A stretch of DNA of 32,000 nt from Tissierellales bacterium (GTDB lineage: Bacteria > Bacillota > Clostridia > Tissierellales > JAOAQY01): NCBI GenBank assembly GCA_025210965.1, contig JAOAQY010000044.1, positions 1-32,000 on the forward strand, read 5' to 3'. Positions 1 through 9,925 of the stretch are shown in pieces. The notes under the pieces were generated by a model that saw only the letters and a list, made by a program, of their open reading frames with translations, did not search any database and was not told where the DNA came from. Position 1 is the first letter of the stretch; every line of letters starts with the position of its first letter. The translations under genes and the position numbers were made by a program.

Positions 1-104
1 CCAAGTGATACAGTGATTCCTCCGCTATTTGCAAACACCATCACTCCGCCTGCAAATACCATAGTGCCTATTGCCAATGCCGATATCAACTTCTTATAAT
101 TCAT
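1..104 (-). CDS. Partial CDS (first 34 codons; continues past the window start): exported or membrane protein with a signal-peptide-like N-terminus
   Basis: ATG at 104..102 is preceded by GGAGGA 9 nt upstream. The translation is MNYKKLISALAIGTMVFAGGVMVFANSGGITVSLG, with a basic N-terminus and a hydrophobic core. The frame stays open to the window edge. Confidence 0.45.
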   Translation of the reverse strand, partial: MNYKKLISALAIGTMVFAGGVMVFANSGGITVSL

Positions 105-230
105 ATTCTTCTATGTCCTCCTAAATGCATTATGAATATATAGTAACCGCGTTTTGTCTCTAATATATTCCTCACATATTTCCAAGTTGTAAACATTTGA
201 GTATTCACCTTTTTTAGTTTTTTCCAAAAT

Positions 231-299
231 AAAAAATCCCAAAAAGCAGCAAAGCCAATAAATTCAAAATTTCAAGCTTTCATCTGTCTGTTTTTTGGG
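231..299 (-). terminator. Long interrupted hairpin plus U-tract downstream of the ABC exporter gene
   Basis: In minus-strand sense, CCCAAAAA (299..292) pairs with UUUUUGGG (245..238). Inner helices are CAG/CUG and AAAGC/GCUUU, and AUUUUUU follows. The hairpin starts 15 nt after the stop at 315. Confidence 0.4.
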
Positions 300-314
300 A
301 ATAAGTCATTCTAG

Positions 315-1910
315 CTATGCTAATCCGTTACGTTTTATTTGTTTCTCTCTTGCTCTTCCACTTTTCATCTCTACGATTCTATCAAATAACTCTGTAAGCT
401 CAACTATATGTGTTATAAATATCATAGTAAGTCCTTCTATTTCTATCAACTCTTTAAGTATAATAATCAGCTCTTTTCTATCGATATTTGAAAGCCCTTC
501 ATCTATTACCAATACGCCTTTATTTGCATATAGTGCTCTTGCAAGACTGACTTTTTGTTTTTCACCATGTGACCAAGCGCTTACTAGGGAATCAAATCCA
601 TAACCTAATCTATCTATTCTCGATATCCTTATTACTTCTTCTAACTTTCTTTGATCTAATGGTTTTCCACAAAGTATGTTTTCAAGCAAGTTTCCTGAGT
701 ACACAAATGGTTCTGCACAAATGTATTGTCCAGTAAATTTTCTAAATCCGCTTTTATCTGTATTCGAATCGTATCCTAATTGTCCTGTAAGCACCTTAGC
801 CAATGTAGATTTTCCAGAACCAGAATGTCCTATTATAGCTACCTTTTCGCCTTTGTTTATGGAAATAGACGTGTTTTTTAATATATGCTTATCTCCTACT
901 TTATAATCAGCATTTTGAAGTATCATATCTAATTCGCACGATTCTACCTCCTGTGAAACAACCTCTAAATCCAATATTTCATCCATTCTATCACTAGAAA
1001 CCTTAGCTTGACTAAAGTTGAATAAATAGTTTGCAATTGCCGAAAGAGGAACTATGCTAGCAGTTAAATATGTATTAAAAGCTATTATCTCCCCAATAGT
1101 AAAATCCGATAAAACTGTCATTGATCCTCCAATTCCAAGTATAAAGTAAGGTACTACCCCTGAAATTGTAGCCGTTAAACTAGAACCTGCTAGTTTACAA
1201 TACATCTTTTTTTCATTAGCCAAACATTTTTCATTCGCAGTATCACTATATCTGTCCGCTGCAAAATTTGACATTCTATTTATCTTCAAAAAATCGAGAC
1301 CATCAATCAATTGAACCAACATATCTTTGCTAAATGTCAGCGTTTTCACATATTTCATGTAGTAATTTTCTAGTCTTGAATTAAATATGCTTACAATAGC
1401 TATATACACTACCATCATAAATATTACTAAAACCACAAGTTCCTTTGAAAGCATAAACATCATAAATACATTCATCACTAGCACAACCAAATTTTGCATA
1501 CACCTTGCGATTTCATCTACAAACAGAACTACTATACTCTTTATATCTTCTTCTACCCTAGTTATCAAGTCTCCTTTTGTGTAATTTGAAGTATCTTCTA
1601 CCCCGCTTTTCACAATGTGGCTGAATAATGCTATTCTTATATCTCTAACCATATGTAAATTTACCTCTGCAAATATCCTATCTTCAGCATATTTTAGTAT
1701 ACGACTAATGACAAATAGTATAATCATAGACCACATAGCCATATTTATATGTACTAAATCTTTACTTGGTATTGTAATATCTATCATGTCTTTCATCATC
1801 ATCGGTATTCTGATGGTAAGTAGTGGATACAGCAATATAATACACAGCCCCAAAAATATTCGCATCTTATACTTCCTTACAAACCTAAGTACGAATTTTA
1901 AATGTTTCAT
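315..1910 (-). CDS. ABC exporter half-transporter (N-terminal permease domain fused to a C-terminal ATP-binding domain)
   Basis: 531-aa ORF; AGGAG lies 7 nt upstream of the ATG. The N-terminal ~300 aa contain multiple hydrophobic helices. Walker A is GHSGSGKST, Walker B is VLVIDE and the H-loop is ITH. The signature motif is degenerate (WSHGE instead of LSGGQ). Confidence 0.85.
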   Translation of the reverse strand: MKHLKFVLRFVRKYKMRIFLGLCIILLYPLLTIRIPMMMKDMIDITIPSKDLVHINMAMWSMIILFVISRILKYAEDRIFAEVNLHMVRDIRIALFSHIVKSGVEDTSNYTKGDLITRVEEDIKSIVVLFVDEIARCMQNLVVLVMNVFMMFMLSKELVVLVIFMMVVYIAIVSIFNSRLENYYMKYVKTLTFSKDMLVQLIDGLDFLKINRMSNFAADRYSDTANEKCLANEKKMYCKLAGSSLTATISGVVPYFILGIGGSMTVLSDFTIGEIIAFNTYLTASIVPLSAIANYLFNFSQAKVSSDRMDEILDLEVVSQEVESCELDMILQNADYKVGDKHILKNTSISINKGEKVAIIGHSGSGKSTLAKVLTGQLGYDSNTDKSGFRKFTGQYICAEPFVYSGNLLENILCGKPLDQRKLEEVIRISRIDRLGYGFDSLVSAWSHGEKQKVSLARALYANKGVLVIDEGLSNIDRKELIIILKELIEIEGLTMIFITHIVELTELFDRIVEMKSGRAREKQIKRNGLA

Positions 1911-2242
1911 TCAACCACTCCTATTAATTATATATTTCATAATTTCTAAATAAACCTATTATATTTATACAACAAATCCAAGTATTTTGGTATGTTTTTC
2001 CATGAAAGGTATGTATTTGACCGCGAATAGCAAAATAATTGGAATCACAAAAAAATGTCATTTTTATATCAATGCTATGCCCGGTTCTGTTTATTAACAA
2101 ATCGCAACATTTTCGTATAAATTAATGATTTTTTGTGATAAAATTCTAATTAGTAAATACGATTAAATTTTAATCATACTTACATAATGTTATAGCTTTA
2201 TAGGGGAGTTGAGCTGTAATGTATTGGCAGAGGGGGGTTTTT

Positions 2243-4303
2243 ATGAAAAATGTAAAAAAAATATCAAAATCTAAAAGTAGAGGATCTCTAGCAATCAAAC
2301 TTTCAATAGTCTGTTTGGTAGCTATATTAGCAGTTTTCACCATTGTCGGATCAATGAGTATTTACTCTATGAATAATCAACTAAATGACAATCTTAAACG
2401 ACGAATAGAACTAAGGTCAGAAAGTGCTGTAAAAAGTATAAGTAAAGTATTCGAAAAAGGTTCTGTAACAGTAGATCAAATGATAAACAATCAATTTTTC
2501 AAAAACTATCTATCAATTGTAAATACATATGATGAAGTAAATACTGCAGACTCATATAGCAATATAGTAAGTACATTAGATCAAATAAAAAACAATAATT
2601 CTACTATTGGACTTGCATATATAGGAAATGATAGAGCTTCGTTTATAATAGGAAACAACGAAACTAGATCTGATAGAGATTATAAAACCACTGAAAGACC
2701 TTGGCATAAATCAGCTGAAAATACTACTAGAGTTGGCTTTACAAAACCATATACAGATGCTATAACTGGAGAATTGGTACTAACTCTATCAAAACTCTAT
2801 AGAGATGAAGCTGGTAGCTTTGCCTGTATAGACATGAGTATATCCGAATTACCTGTAATCATGGAGGAACAGACCATAGGTGATATGGGCCGAAATATAT
2901 TGATTTCTAGTGATGGTACTATAATCTACGATAAAAATGATAAAAAAATAATGACTGAAAATATATTAGATGACAGTGATTTAAAGAATATCGGTAGCAA
3001 AATGATAGCTGGTGAACACGATATAATAGATATTGATTATGAAGGAAAATCATACTATATGTCGTACCAACCAATAGAAATAAGTGGCTGGTCAGTTGCT
3101 ATACTAGCGGAACAAGAAGAAATGCAAGCTGACCTTCATAAAGCTGTATTTGTAATGTCAATGAGCTATCTAGCTGGAGCTACATTTTTAGTAGTATTGA
3201 TTTATATAATGATACGAAGAAGTTTAAAACCTATAAAAGAAGCTGCTGCATTTGCTAAAGTAATGGCTTCTGGTGATTTGAGCAATGAAATACCAAAGAA
3301 ATTTCTAAATAGAAGAGATGAACTTGGCGAACTAGCAGAAGCATTTGAAAATATGGATTCTAGCTTTAATTCACTTTTAAAACAGGTCAAGGAATCATCT
3401 ATGCAAGTAGATTCAGCGGCAAATGAGCTCTCAACTGCTGCAAACCAAGCTGCATTAACTTCTGAGGAGATAACAAAGACTGTAGATGAAATTGCAAATG
3501 GTGCAACTGGTCAAGCCTTAGATACTCAGGAAGGATCTTTCAAAACTGAAGAATTAGGAGATTTAGTTGAAAAAGAACAAAATATAATTGAAAAAATAAA
3601 TGAGCAATCTGCATCTGTTGAAAAATCTATAGAATCTGGACTAGATATAGTATCTGATCTTACTCAAAAAGCTAAGAACAGTGAGCACGCATCTGAAAGC
3701 ATAAGAAAAGTAATACTAAAAACTAGCGATAGTTCTGAAAAAATAAAGCAAGCTAGTATCGTAATCGAATCTATCGCTGAGCAAACAAATCTACTCGCTC
3801 TAAACGCTGCTATAGAAGCCGCTAGAGCCGGTGAACACGGAAAAGGCTTTGCAGTAGTCGCAGAGGAAATACGAAAACTGGCAGAACAATCAAGCAAATC
3901 TACAAAAGAAATCGATGCTATAGTTACAGAGCTTATAGAAAACTCAAATGACGCAGTTCAAACTGTGGAGTCAATGGTAGACACTCTAAAAGAACAGCTA
4001 AAAAGTGTTGATTTAACAGAAGAAAAATACAAAGAAATAGAAGGAGCTATAAGAGTTGTAGCAATTGAAATATCAAATATGGTCGCTTATAGTGAACAAG
4101 TTCACGAAAAGAAAAACGAAATATTAGATAAAATGCAAAATCTTTCTTCTATAGCAGAAGAAAATGCAGCTTCAACTGAAGAAGTTTCAGCCTCTACGGA
4201 AGAACAATTAGCTTCCATGGAAGAAATAGCAAATTCTAGCGAATCACTTGCATCACTTTCTCAAGATTTACAAGAAGAGATAAGTAAATTTAAAACTAAA
4301 TAA
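2243..4303 (+). CDS. Methyl-accepting chemotaxis protein (TM - Cache-like sensor - TM - HAMP - MA signalling domain)
   Basis: The track ORF starts at 2219, but ATG 2243 follows the G-rich SD GAGGGGGG. The MCP hairpin core [38 protein letters not shown] is conserved. There are two TM segments and a sensor-domain RPWH motif. Confidence 0.9.
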   Translation: MKNVKKISKSKSRGSLAIKLSIVCLVAILAVFTIVGSMSIYSMNNQLNDNLKRRIELRSESAVKSISKVFEKGSVTVDQMINNQFFKNYLSIVNTYDEVNTADSYSNIVSTLDQIKNNNSTIGLAYIGNDRASFIIGNNETRSDRDYKTTERPWHKSAENTTRVGFTKPYTDAITGELVLTLSKLYRDEAGSFACIDMSISELPVIMEEQTIGDMGRNILISSDGTIIYDKNDKKIMTENILDDSDLKNIGSKMIAGEHDIIDIDYEGKSYYMSYQPIEISGWSVAILAEQEEMQADLHKAVFVMSMSYLAGATFLVVLIYIMIRRSLKPIKEAAAFAKVMASGDLSNEIPKKFLNRRDELGELAEAFENMDSSFNSLLKQVKESSMQVDSAANELSTAANQAALTSEEITKTVDEIANGATGQALDTQEGSFKTEELGDLVEKEQNIIEKINEQSASVEKSIESGLDIVSDLTQKAKNSEHASESIRKVILKTSDSSEKIKQASIVIESIAEQTNLLALNAAIEAARAGEHGKGFAVVAEEIRKLAEQSSKSTKEIDAIVTELIENSNDAVQTVESMVDTLKEQLKSVDLTEEKYKEIEGAIRVVAIEISNMVAYSEQVHEKKNEILDKMQNLSSIAEENAASTEEVSASTEEQLASMEEIANSSESLASLSQDLQEEISKFKTK

Positions 4304-4314
4304 TGCCCTAACAC

Positions 4315-4359
4315 AAAGCCCTATCACACTTCAAAGCGAAGTATAATAGGGCTTTTTTT
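4315..4359 (+). terminator. Rho-independent terminator after the MCP gene
   Basis: AAAGCCCTAT (4315..4324) pairs with ATAGGGCTTT (4346..4355), followed by a T-run. It lies between convergent genes. Confidence 0.7.
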
Positions 4360-4408
4360 ATGATAAATTTATTTTAAATCTCACATATCCTGAGTTCTTT
4401 TATCAAAA

Positions 4409-5947
4409 CTATACAGCTAATGTTTTTGTCTCCAATTGCTTTTCTATTCTATCGAGCAATTCATCAGGATATCCCAATAATTTCAATACTTTCACTGCAT
4501 TTCTAGTAGGCGAAATTCCAGGTCTTATAGTATAATCAAATGCCAATCCTTCGTCGTCTACATCATCCATGAAGTAATAAAAATCATAATTTTTAACCAT
4601 CTTTGTCAGTTCTAAATCGTGAGTTGCCACCATTACAAGTCCATTTCTCGCATCCACATAATCAAGTATTTCAGCTGCAGCATTAACTCGCTCTATTGGA
4701 TTAGTTCCTCTGAAAATTTCATCTATGAGAGCTAGTGTCGTTATTTTATCTCCACTTGTATCAACTATTCTTTTTATTGATTCAGCCTCACTCATATAAT
4801 AACTTTTACCACCCATCAAATCATCCTGCGGACTTATAGACGTAACTATTTTGAAAAAACTAGCTTCATAACTGTCGCAAATGCAAGTCATAATGGTCTG
4901 TGCCAACAATGCGTTTACCCCTACCATTCTCACAAAAGTCGATTTTCCTGACATATTAGAACCTGTAATCAAAACACTATGTCCTGATACACTTATATCA
5001 TTAGATATCGGATTATCAATTAGAGGATGTGCTATTCCCCTTAATTTTAGATATTTACTTTCTTCTCTAAATACAGGTTTGCAATATTTCTCTATGGATT
5101 CTCTGTATTCTGAAACTGCAACAAATGTGTCTACCTCCCCAAATATGCGAAATAACCTCTGAAGATGTTCCTTGTTTTTTTCAACTTCTCGTACAGAATC
5201 AAAAAACGATCTCTCTTTAATCAGAAATATTATAGTTAGGTAATCTCCGAGCACGTCAAGTCCTTCAACTAAAGACACATTTCTCGAACGTTTTCCTAGT
5301 TTCTTGCACTCTTTCTTTATTGATCTAAGTTCTTTAGCCGTATTTGAATCAATAGAGTCAAACACTCTTGCGAGCTCTTCACTACAATTAACTAGTCTTC
5401 CCAAGTACTGAACAGCTTCGACTCTACCCACCATTTTCATTTTCAAATTATAATGCAGTGCCATATTTGCCATGAGCAGAATTCCAAATGCAAACATAAA
5501 TACAGAACTTTTTATCACTGCCATTAAAATCATCATAACAATCAACGCCAGATAAAGACCTTTGCAAATCCAATGAAACTTTTTCTCATACTCCATATCC
5601 GAATAAAGAATATTTGCCACATCCATATCAGTTTTGCCAGCTTTTCTAAGTACCTTTACCACTTTTTGTTTAATGATTTCATCATTTTCAAACTTCTTTA
5701 TTTTTTCTTGTCTATCATATAGTGTTTCATTGTCAAAAACAGGTCTTCTAAGCATATCGTAAAAAACATACTCCCCTGCTGTAGAAGATGTATAATCTAT
5801 CTTTTTAAAAACTTCATCCATGACTAAATCTCTCCAAGTCATTTCATCAATGCATCCATCTGCGCCATTTTCAGATCGTCTAATCACATACCTTCTCATA
5901 TCATCAAATTCACGTTTCTTATCATTTGTAACTCTAAAATGTTTCAT
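4409..5947 (-). CDS. MutS-related protein: N-terminal region with TM helices plus a MutS domain V ATPase; no mismatch-recognition domain
   Basis: 512-aa ORF; GGAGG lies 9 nt upstream of the ATG. Walker A is GSNMSGKSTF, Walker B-like is LIDEIFRGTNPIER, and THD is present, as in the MutS/MutS2 ATPase core. A hydrophobic stretch (LYLALIVMMILMAVIKSSVFMFAFGILLMANMAL) indicates membrane anchoring. Confidence 0.8.
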   Translation of the reverse strand: MKHFRVTNDKKREFDDMRRYVIRRSENGADGCIDEMTWRDLVMDEVFKKIDYTSSTAGEYVFYDMLRRPVFDNETLYDRQEKIKKFENDEIIKQKVVKVLRKAGKTDMDVANILYSDMEYEKKFHWICKGLYLALIVMMILMAVIKSSVFMFAFGILLMANMALHYNLKMKMVGRVEAVQYLGRLVNCSEELARVFDSIDSNTAKELRSIKKECKKLGKRSRNVSLVEGLDVLGDYLTIIFLIKERSFFDSVREVEKNKEHLQRLFRIFGEVDTFVAVSEYRESIEKYCKPVFREESKYLKLRGIAHPLIDNPISNDISVSGHSVLITGSNMSGKSTFVRMVGVNALLAQTIMTCICDSYEASFFKIVTSISPQDDLMGGKSYYMSEAESIKRIVDTSGDKITTLALIDEIFRGTNPIERVNAAAEILDYVDARNGLVMVATHDLELTKMVKNYDFYYFMDDVDDEGLAFDYTIRPGISPTRNAVKVLKLLGYPDELLDRIEKQLETKTLAV

Positions 5948-6080
5948 ATAAAAACCTCCATGAAATTGATTTTACATCTTTAGCCCAAAAATAACAATTA
6001 AATTCAGCTTAAAATATACTTTGATATATTATGTGAATTTTTGAGCCATGCAAAAATTCATATCAATCTCGGCTCAAAAT

Positions 6081-6135
6081 AAAAAACTGTATCGTCAAAA
6101 AACAAGTAAAATACACTTGTTTTTTGGCAATACAG
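6081..6135 (-). terminator. Strong rho-independent terminator downstream of the MetRS-like gene
   Basis: In minus-strand sense, CUGUAUUGCCAAAAAACAAGU pairs with ACUUGUUUUUUGACGAUACAG. That is about 21 bp with one mismatch and one wobble pair. UUUUUU follows. Confidence 0.75.
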
Positions 6136-6158
6136 CTCATGTAATTTTTAAAATTTAT

Positions 6159-8156
6159 CTACTTAAACTGGCTCTCAAGCTTGGCAAAAAAGTCAAATTT
6201 AGGTGGAATTGTATTTATTTTGTGATTTTCTACATCATTCATGTGCTTCGAAATAGGTTCCATGATGTAATCCCAAGACCAAACACTGTCATTTAAGTTC
6301 ATGTACTCAAGTACTTTTTCACTACTTTCTGGTACTATTGGGTGAAGCAGTGTAAGTGTCACTTGTGCACCATAGAAACTGTCAGCTATAACCTGTGCTC
6401 TCATGTCATTATCATCTGCATCGTCAGCTTTCTTCATCTCTCTAGAGAAATACTTAGATAGCTTTCTAATTAAACTATCCAAATCAGAAATCACACGGTG
6501 GAATTCTTGTCTGTACATATTTTGCTCATAATTCAAAGCAGTTTTTTCAACTAATTGAAGCATTTCTTCAGATACTTCTAAATTAGGAATTTTGTTATCA
6601 AAATACTTTTGTGTCGTATAGAAACAAGAACGAAGTAATCTATTGTAAACATTAGTAAGTAAATTACCATCTTTAAGAACCACGTCTGCTTCATCTTTAT
6701 TCGCATCTGGGTCAAATGGCTGTGGGTTAAAACTTACACTTCTCTTAGAAAGACCAAGGCTTAAGAAATGCATTCTTAGCTGATCTTTTGTATAGTAGTC
6801 TAAAAGCTCATCAGCCATAGGTGGCTTTATATCTCCAGAGCTACTAGCCTTAGAATTTAAGAACAATAAATGACGATTAGCTACTAATTGAGGGAAATTA
6901 ATGTTTTCAACATCCTCTTCTGACTTAGGTCCATGACCCAAATATGCCATAAGCATAGCCATTTCAGCGATTCCGTAAAAGTACACGTTATCTTCTCCTA
7001 TGAACTGATATGCTTTAGTATCTTCTGAAATCCACCAATCTTTCCAATCAGCAGCATCTTTGCCAATAGATTCTAAATACGTTTTAGTAAACGAAATAGG
7101 AGCCCAAAGAGATTCAGGCCATACCCAGAATGTCAAATCATCCAATCCATCTGTATTTGGTACAGGAACTCCCCACTTTGCATTACCAGAAAGTCTAAAC
7201 GGAACTAGAGTTTTTCCAGTTCTATATCTTATAGTTTTTGCATCTAATATAGCTCTAGCTTTATCTCTATCATCTAATGATTCAAACTCGTATGTTACAG
7301 AAGGTTTTTTCTCTTCATCTATCAATGTAGCATTTTCAAACTCTACTCCTGCTTCTATAACTTTTTCCTGTTCTTTTCTAGTCACATAAATAGCAGGCTT
7401 TTTCAAAAATTCTTCTGTTACGTTCAGTATAGTTTGTCTTACCAATCGCTCTTTTCTTTGTTTTTCAACCATTTTATAAAGCTGCTCTGTATATTCATCT
7501 AATACAAAATACCAGTTATCAACTTCTTTTAATACAGGCTTTTCATTTGACAATATACTGATAGGATTTATAAGCTCGCTTGGCATATATTGATGTCCTA
7601 ATGCACATTCATCAGCATAGGCTTTATCTGACTGACAGCCTTCAAAAGGACATTCTCCAACTACCTGACGACCATTTAAGAATACTCCCTCTTTTTCATC
7701 ATAAAACTGAAGAGTCGACAATTTCTTCAAATAACCATTCTTGTATAAATTCTCAAAAAGTGCATTTGAAACCTCTTTGTGGATTTCTCCACTTCTATCG
7801 AATGCAGATGAAGCAAATAGACTAGGTGCTACATCGTATTTACCTAAAATATCTTTTTGCAATTTGTGAAACCCGTACACATAATCTTTAAGTGATACAT
7901 GCTCCGCCTCAGTACCGTGCTCGTCTAAATACTTTTTATAGCTCGCAATTATAGGTGAACCATAGCAATCTGTACCTGAAACAAATATTACATTATCTTT
8001 TCCAATTCTATCTTTCAAAAATCTTGCATATGTATCCGCGTGAATAAACACACCACCAATATGTCCAAAATGTAGAGATTTATTGCCATAAGGCATACCT
8101 GCCGTTATCACCGCGCGTTTTGGAAACTCCGGTCTAGGTCGCTTAAATCCTTTCAT
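6159..8156 (-). CDS. metG: Methionyl-tRNA synthetase-family class I aminoacyl-tRNA synthetase with a divergent KMSKS loop
   Basis: The track start GTG 8165 overlaps the SD, so ATG 8156 (AAGGAG, 8-nt spacer) is preferred. MetRS hallmarks are PYGNKSLHFGHIGG (HIGH), the Cys knuckle CPFEGC...DEC and WGVPVP. The KMSKS position reads KASSS (6837..6851). There is no C-terminal Trbp111-like extension. Confidence 0.75.
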   Translation of the reverse strand: MKGFKRPRPEFPKRAVITAGMPYGNKSLHFGHIGGVFIHADTYARFLKDRIGKDNVIFVSGTDCYGSPIIASYKKYLDEHGTEAEHVSLKDYVYGFHKLQKDILGKYDVAPSLFASSAFDRSGEIHKEVSNALFENLYKNGYLKKLSTLQFYDEKEGVFLNGRQVVGECPFEGCQSDKAYADECALGHQYMPSELINPISILSNEKPVLKEVDNWYFVLDEYTEQLYKMVEKQRKERLVRQTILNVTEEFLKKPAIYVTRKEQEKVIEAGVEFENATLIDEEKKPSVTYEFESLDDRDKARAILDAKTIRYRTGKTLVPFRLSGNAKWGVPVPNTDGLDDLTFWVWPESLWAPISFTKTYLESIGKDAADWKDWWISEDTKAYQFIGEDNVYFYGIAEMAMLMAYLGHGPKSEEDVENINFPQLVANRHLLFLNSKASSSGDIKPPMADELLDYYTKDQLRMHFLSLGLSKRSVSFNPQPFDPDANKDEADVVLKDGNLLTNVYNRLLRSCFYTTQKYFDNKIPNLEVSEEMLQLVEKTALNYEQNMYRQEFHRVISDLDSLIRKLSKYFSREMKKADDADDNDMRAQVIADSFYGAQVTLTLLHPIVPESSEKVLEYMNLNDSVWSWDYIMEPISKHMNDVENHKINTIPPKFDFFAKLESQFK

Positions 8157-8201
8157 GAAATCCACTCCTTCTATATAAATATCTAACCTTTATTTTACCA
8201 C

Positions 8202-8231
8202 ATTATATTAGAAGAACCAACTCTATGTCAA
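8202..8231 (-). promoter_or_regulatory. SigmaA-type promoter for the MetRS-like gene
   Basis: In minus-strand sense, TTGACA (8231..8226) is followed by an 18-nt spacer and TATAAT (8207..8202). It lies about 45 nt upstream of the start codon. Confidence 0.55.
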
Positions 8232-8245
8232 AAAATAATTGACTC

Positions 8246-8283
8246 AAAAAAATACGAGCCAATTGCAATTATTATTGACTCGC
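8246..8283 (-). terminator. Rho-independent terminator after the secreted-protein gene
   Basis: In minus-strand sense, CGAGUCAAU pairs with AUUGGCUCG (9 bp including one G-U pair). UAUUUUUUU follows. Confidence 0.6.
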
Positions 8284-8326
8284 AAATTCATAATAATATG
8301 AAGCCACAACTATCCATTAACCATTA

Positions 8327-9925
8327 CTACTTGAATAACTCTAACTTAATCAAACTAATTATTCTATAATATCCTATAGGTGCTAATTCAGTAATTCTAA
8401 CAAATCCATCAAAATCGTCTCTTCCCTTTATCTCATCTAGCGTGAATGCATCTGAATAAAATTTATCGCGAATATATTGCTCGCTTACATCATCAAATAA
8501 AGATCCATCTGCACTACTATAGTTATATTTGATCGAATATTCAAATGAATCCACATCACATAGAAAACTAGGCGGATTTTTTACAACTACTATAGCTTTT
8601 ATATCTTTATATGGATGTACATAGCACATATCGCCAGCTTTCAAATCTGATATGTCCATAGCAAAAATCTTATTAGGGTCCGTAAGATCTTCAATTGTAG
8701 CTCTCCTTTCTATAGAGTCTACAAAATAAACCTTCACATCGCTGTATTTTTCCTTTGGTATAATTATATGATTTAATTCACGATCCTTTATATGAAGAGG
8801 ATTTCGATCTACATATCTAATCACAGCAAGTTTATCACTAGTCTCCGAAACGAATCCTGGGTAAAAGTATCTCGAATCGAACCCCAGTGTCTTGCCATAG
8901 TGAGTAAATCCTTTAGCCTCTTTGCTAAGCTCTTTTACCTCTTTTGGATCTAGCTTAATTAATACCGAAAATTCATTTGCCTGTGACATTGTGTATATAA
9001 GAACAAAATCCCCAATGCCGATAGCTCCATTTTCATCATAAAACTGCTTCATATCTTTATTTTCTTTCAGTGAAAACCTTTCATTTATACCAAATTCTTC
9101 TACATTAGTATCCTTATCTCGCCGACATCCAAATGTCCATACATCGTTATTTTTTGAAATAACCTTGTAAATATCATACATGAACCAATAATTTGGATTA
9201 TAGACTCTATTGTTATCATAAACTTCTAAGAGTTCTTTCTTTTTGCCATTCTCTATTTTAAATTGAGCGAGAACTATGTCTTCTTTGACCAGAAACATCG
9301 GATTATCATCTTCAAAAAATACAGATTCCAAATTATATCTCAAAACCCACTCTTCATAATCTCTATTTTTCATATAATAAGGTTCGTTAACTTTATCGTC
9401 TACTTCTATCCACTCTTCTAAACCTTCAAAGTAAAAGTCTGTAATCTGTACTACTTCATTTTTCAGATGCCCTTCCATATTCGTCCCTAAAGGCTCTGGA
9501 TTAAGAGTTTTATAACCTTTAAAATTATAAACACGATCTATTGGATGCAGCTTGATAATTTCACCTTTTTTATTCAAATCAATTCTCCAAATATAATCTT
9601 CCAAAAACGCAGGCTTGTACTCTTTTGAATTATCTATTATTTTTTCGTAATTCGGGTCCATTTTCAGTCCAAAAATATCTTCTGGTTCAAACATTTCTGT
9701 AAATACGTTAGCTCTATATCCAAAGTAATAATAATCACCATCTATCCTTATAAACTTGTAACCTATACCATCTTCATGATGTTCCTCCGCCTCCAACTTT
9801 GAAAGATAATAATCAAACTTTTCCTCTTTTATGCTAGTTTTTTCTGCCTTTGCACTTACTTGACAAACTTGAATTGTAATTAGTACCAAACATAATAAAT
9901 ACGTAAAAAACATCCTTTTTCTCAT
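8327..9925 (-). CDS. Hypothetical secreted protein (532 aa), no recognisable domain
   Basis: AGGAGG lies 9 nt upstream of the ATG. The N-terminus MRKRMFFTYLLCLVLITIQVCQVSA|KAE looks like a signal peptidase I substrate. The protein is rich in D/E/K/Y/F, and I recognise no catalytic motif. Confidence 0.7.
   Translation of the reverse strand: MRKRMFFTYLLCLVLITIQVCQVSAKAEKTSIKEEKFDYYLSKLEAEEHHEDGIGYKFIRIDGDYYYFGYRANVFTEMFEPEDIFGLKMDPNYEKIIDNSKEYKPAFLEDYIWRIDLNKKGEIIKLHPIDRVYNFKGYKTLNPEPLGTNMEGHLKNEVVQITDFYFEGLEEWIEVDDKVNEPYYMKNRDYEEWVLRYNLESVFFEDDNPMFLVKEDIVLAQFKIENGKKKELLEVYDNNRVYNPNYWFMYDIYKVISKNNDVWTFGCRRDKDTNVEEFGINERFSLKENKDMKQFYDENGAIGIGDFVLIYTMSQANEFSVLIKLDPKEVKELSKEAKGFTHYGKTLGFDSRYFYPGFVSETSDKLAVIRYVDRNPLHIKDRELNHIIIPKEKYSDVKVYFVDSIERRATIEDLTDPNKIFAMDISDLKAGDMCYVHPYKDIKAIVVVKNPPSFLCDVDSFEYSIKYNYSSADGSLFDDVSEQYIRDKFYSDAFTLDEIKGRDDFDGFVRITELAPIGYYRIISLIKLELFK

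Noticed and set aside
295-1953. Plus-strand ORFs 295..603, 676..906, 1387..1584 and 1615..1953
   Set aside because: All are shadow ORFs antisense to the ABC exporter gene. They give low-complexity Ser/Ile/Phe-rich translations and have no ribosome-binding sites.
1911-2242. A SigD (sigma-28) promoter upstream of the first MCP gene, and the same checked for the other two
   Set aside because: The only weak resemblance is TAAA-N15-GATAAA near 2116..2140. The GCCGATAT-like -10 core is not matched, and the three MCP upstream regions are not consistent with each other.
2219-2242. N-terminal extensions given by the ORF track (2219, 8165, 14124, 15779, 19364 and 22387 starts)
   Set aside because: Five of the six upstream starts (8165, 14124, 15779, 19364, 22387) are GTG or TTG; 2219 is an ATG. 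They overlap or lack an SD. In each case an internal ATG has a well-spaced AGGAG/GGGAG-type SD and, where relevant, gives a proper signal peptide or N-terminus.
8157-8326. A T-box leader upstream of the MetRS-like gene
   Set aside because: The spacer is only ~170 nt. It is occupied by the upstream gene's terminator and a near-consensus promoter ~45 nt from the start codon. I saw no specifier loop or T-box sequence (AANNNGGUGGUACCGCG-like).
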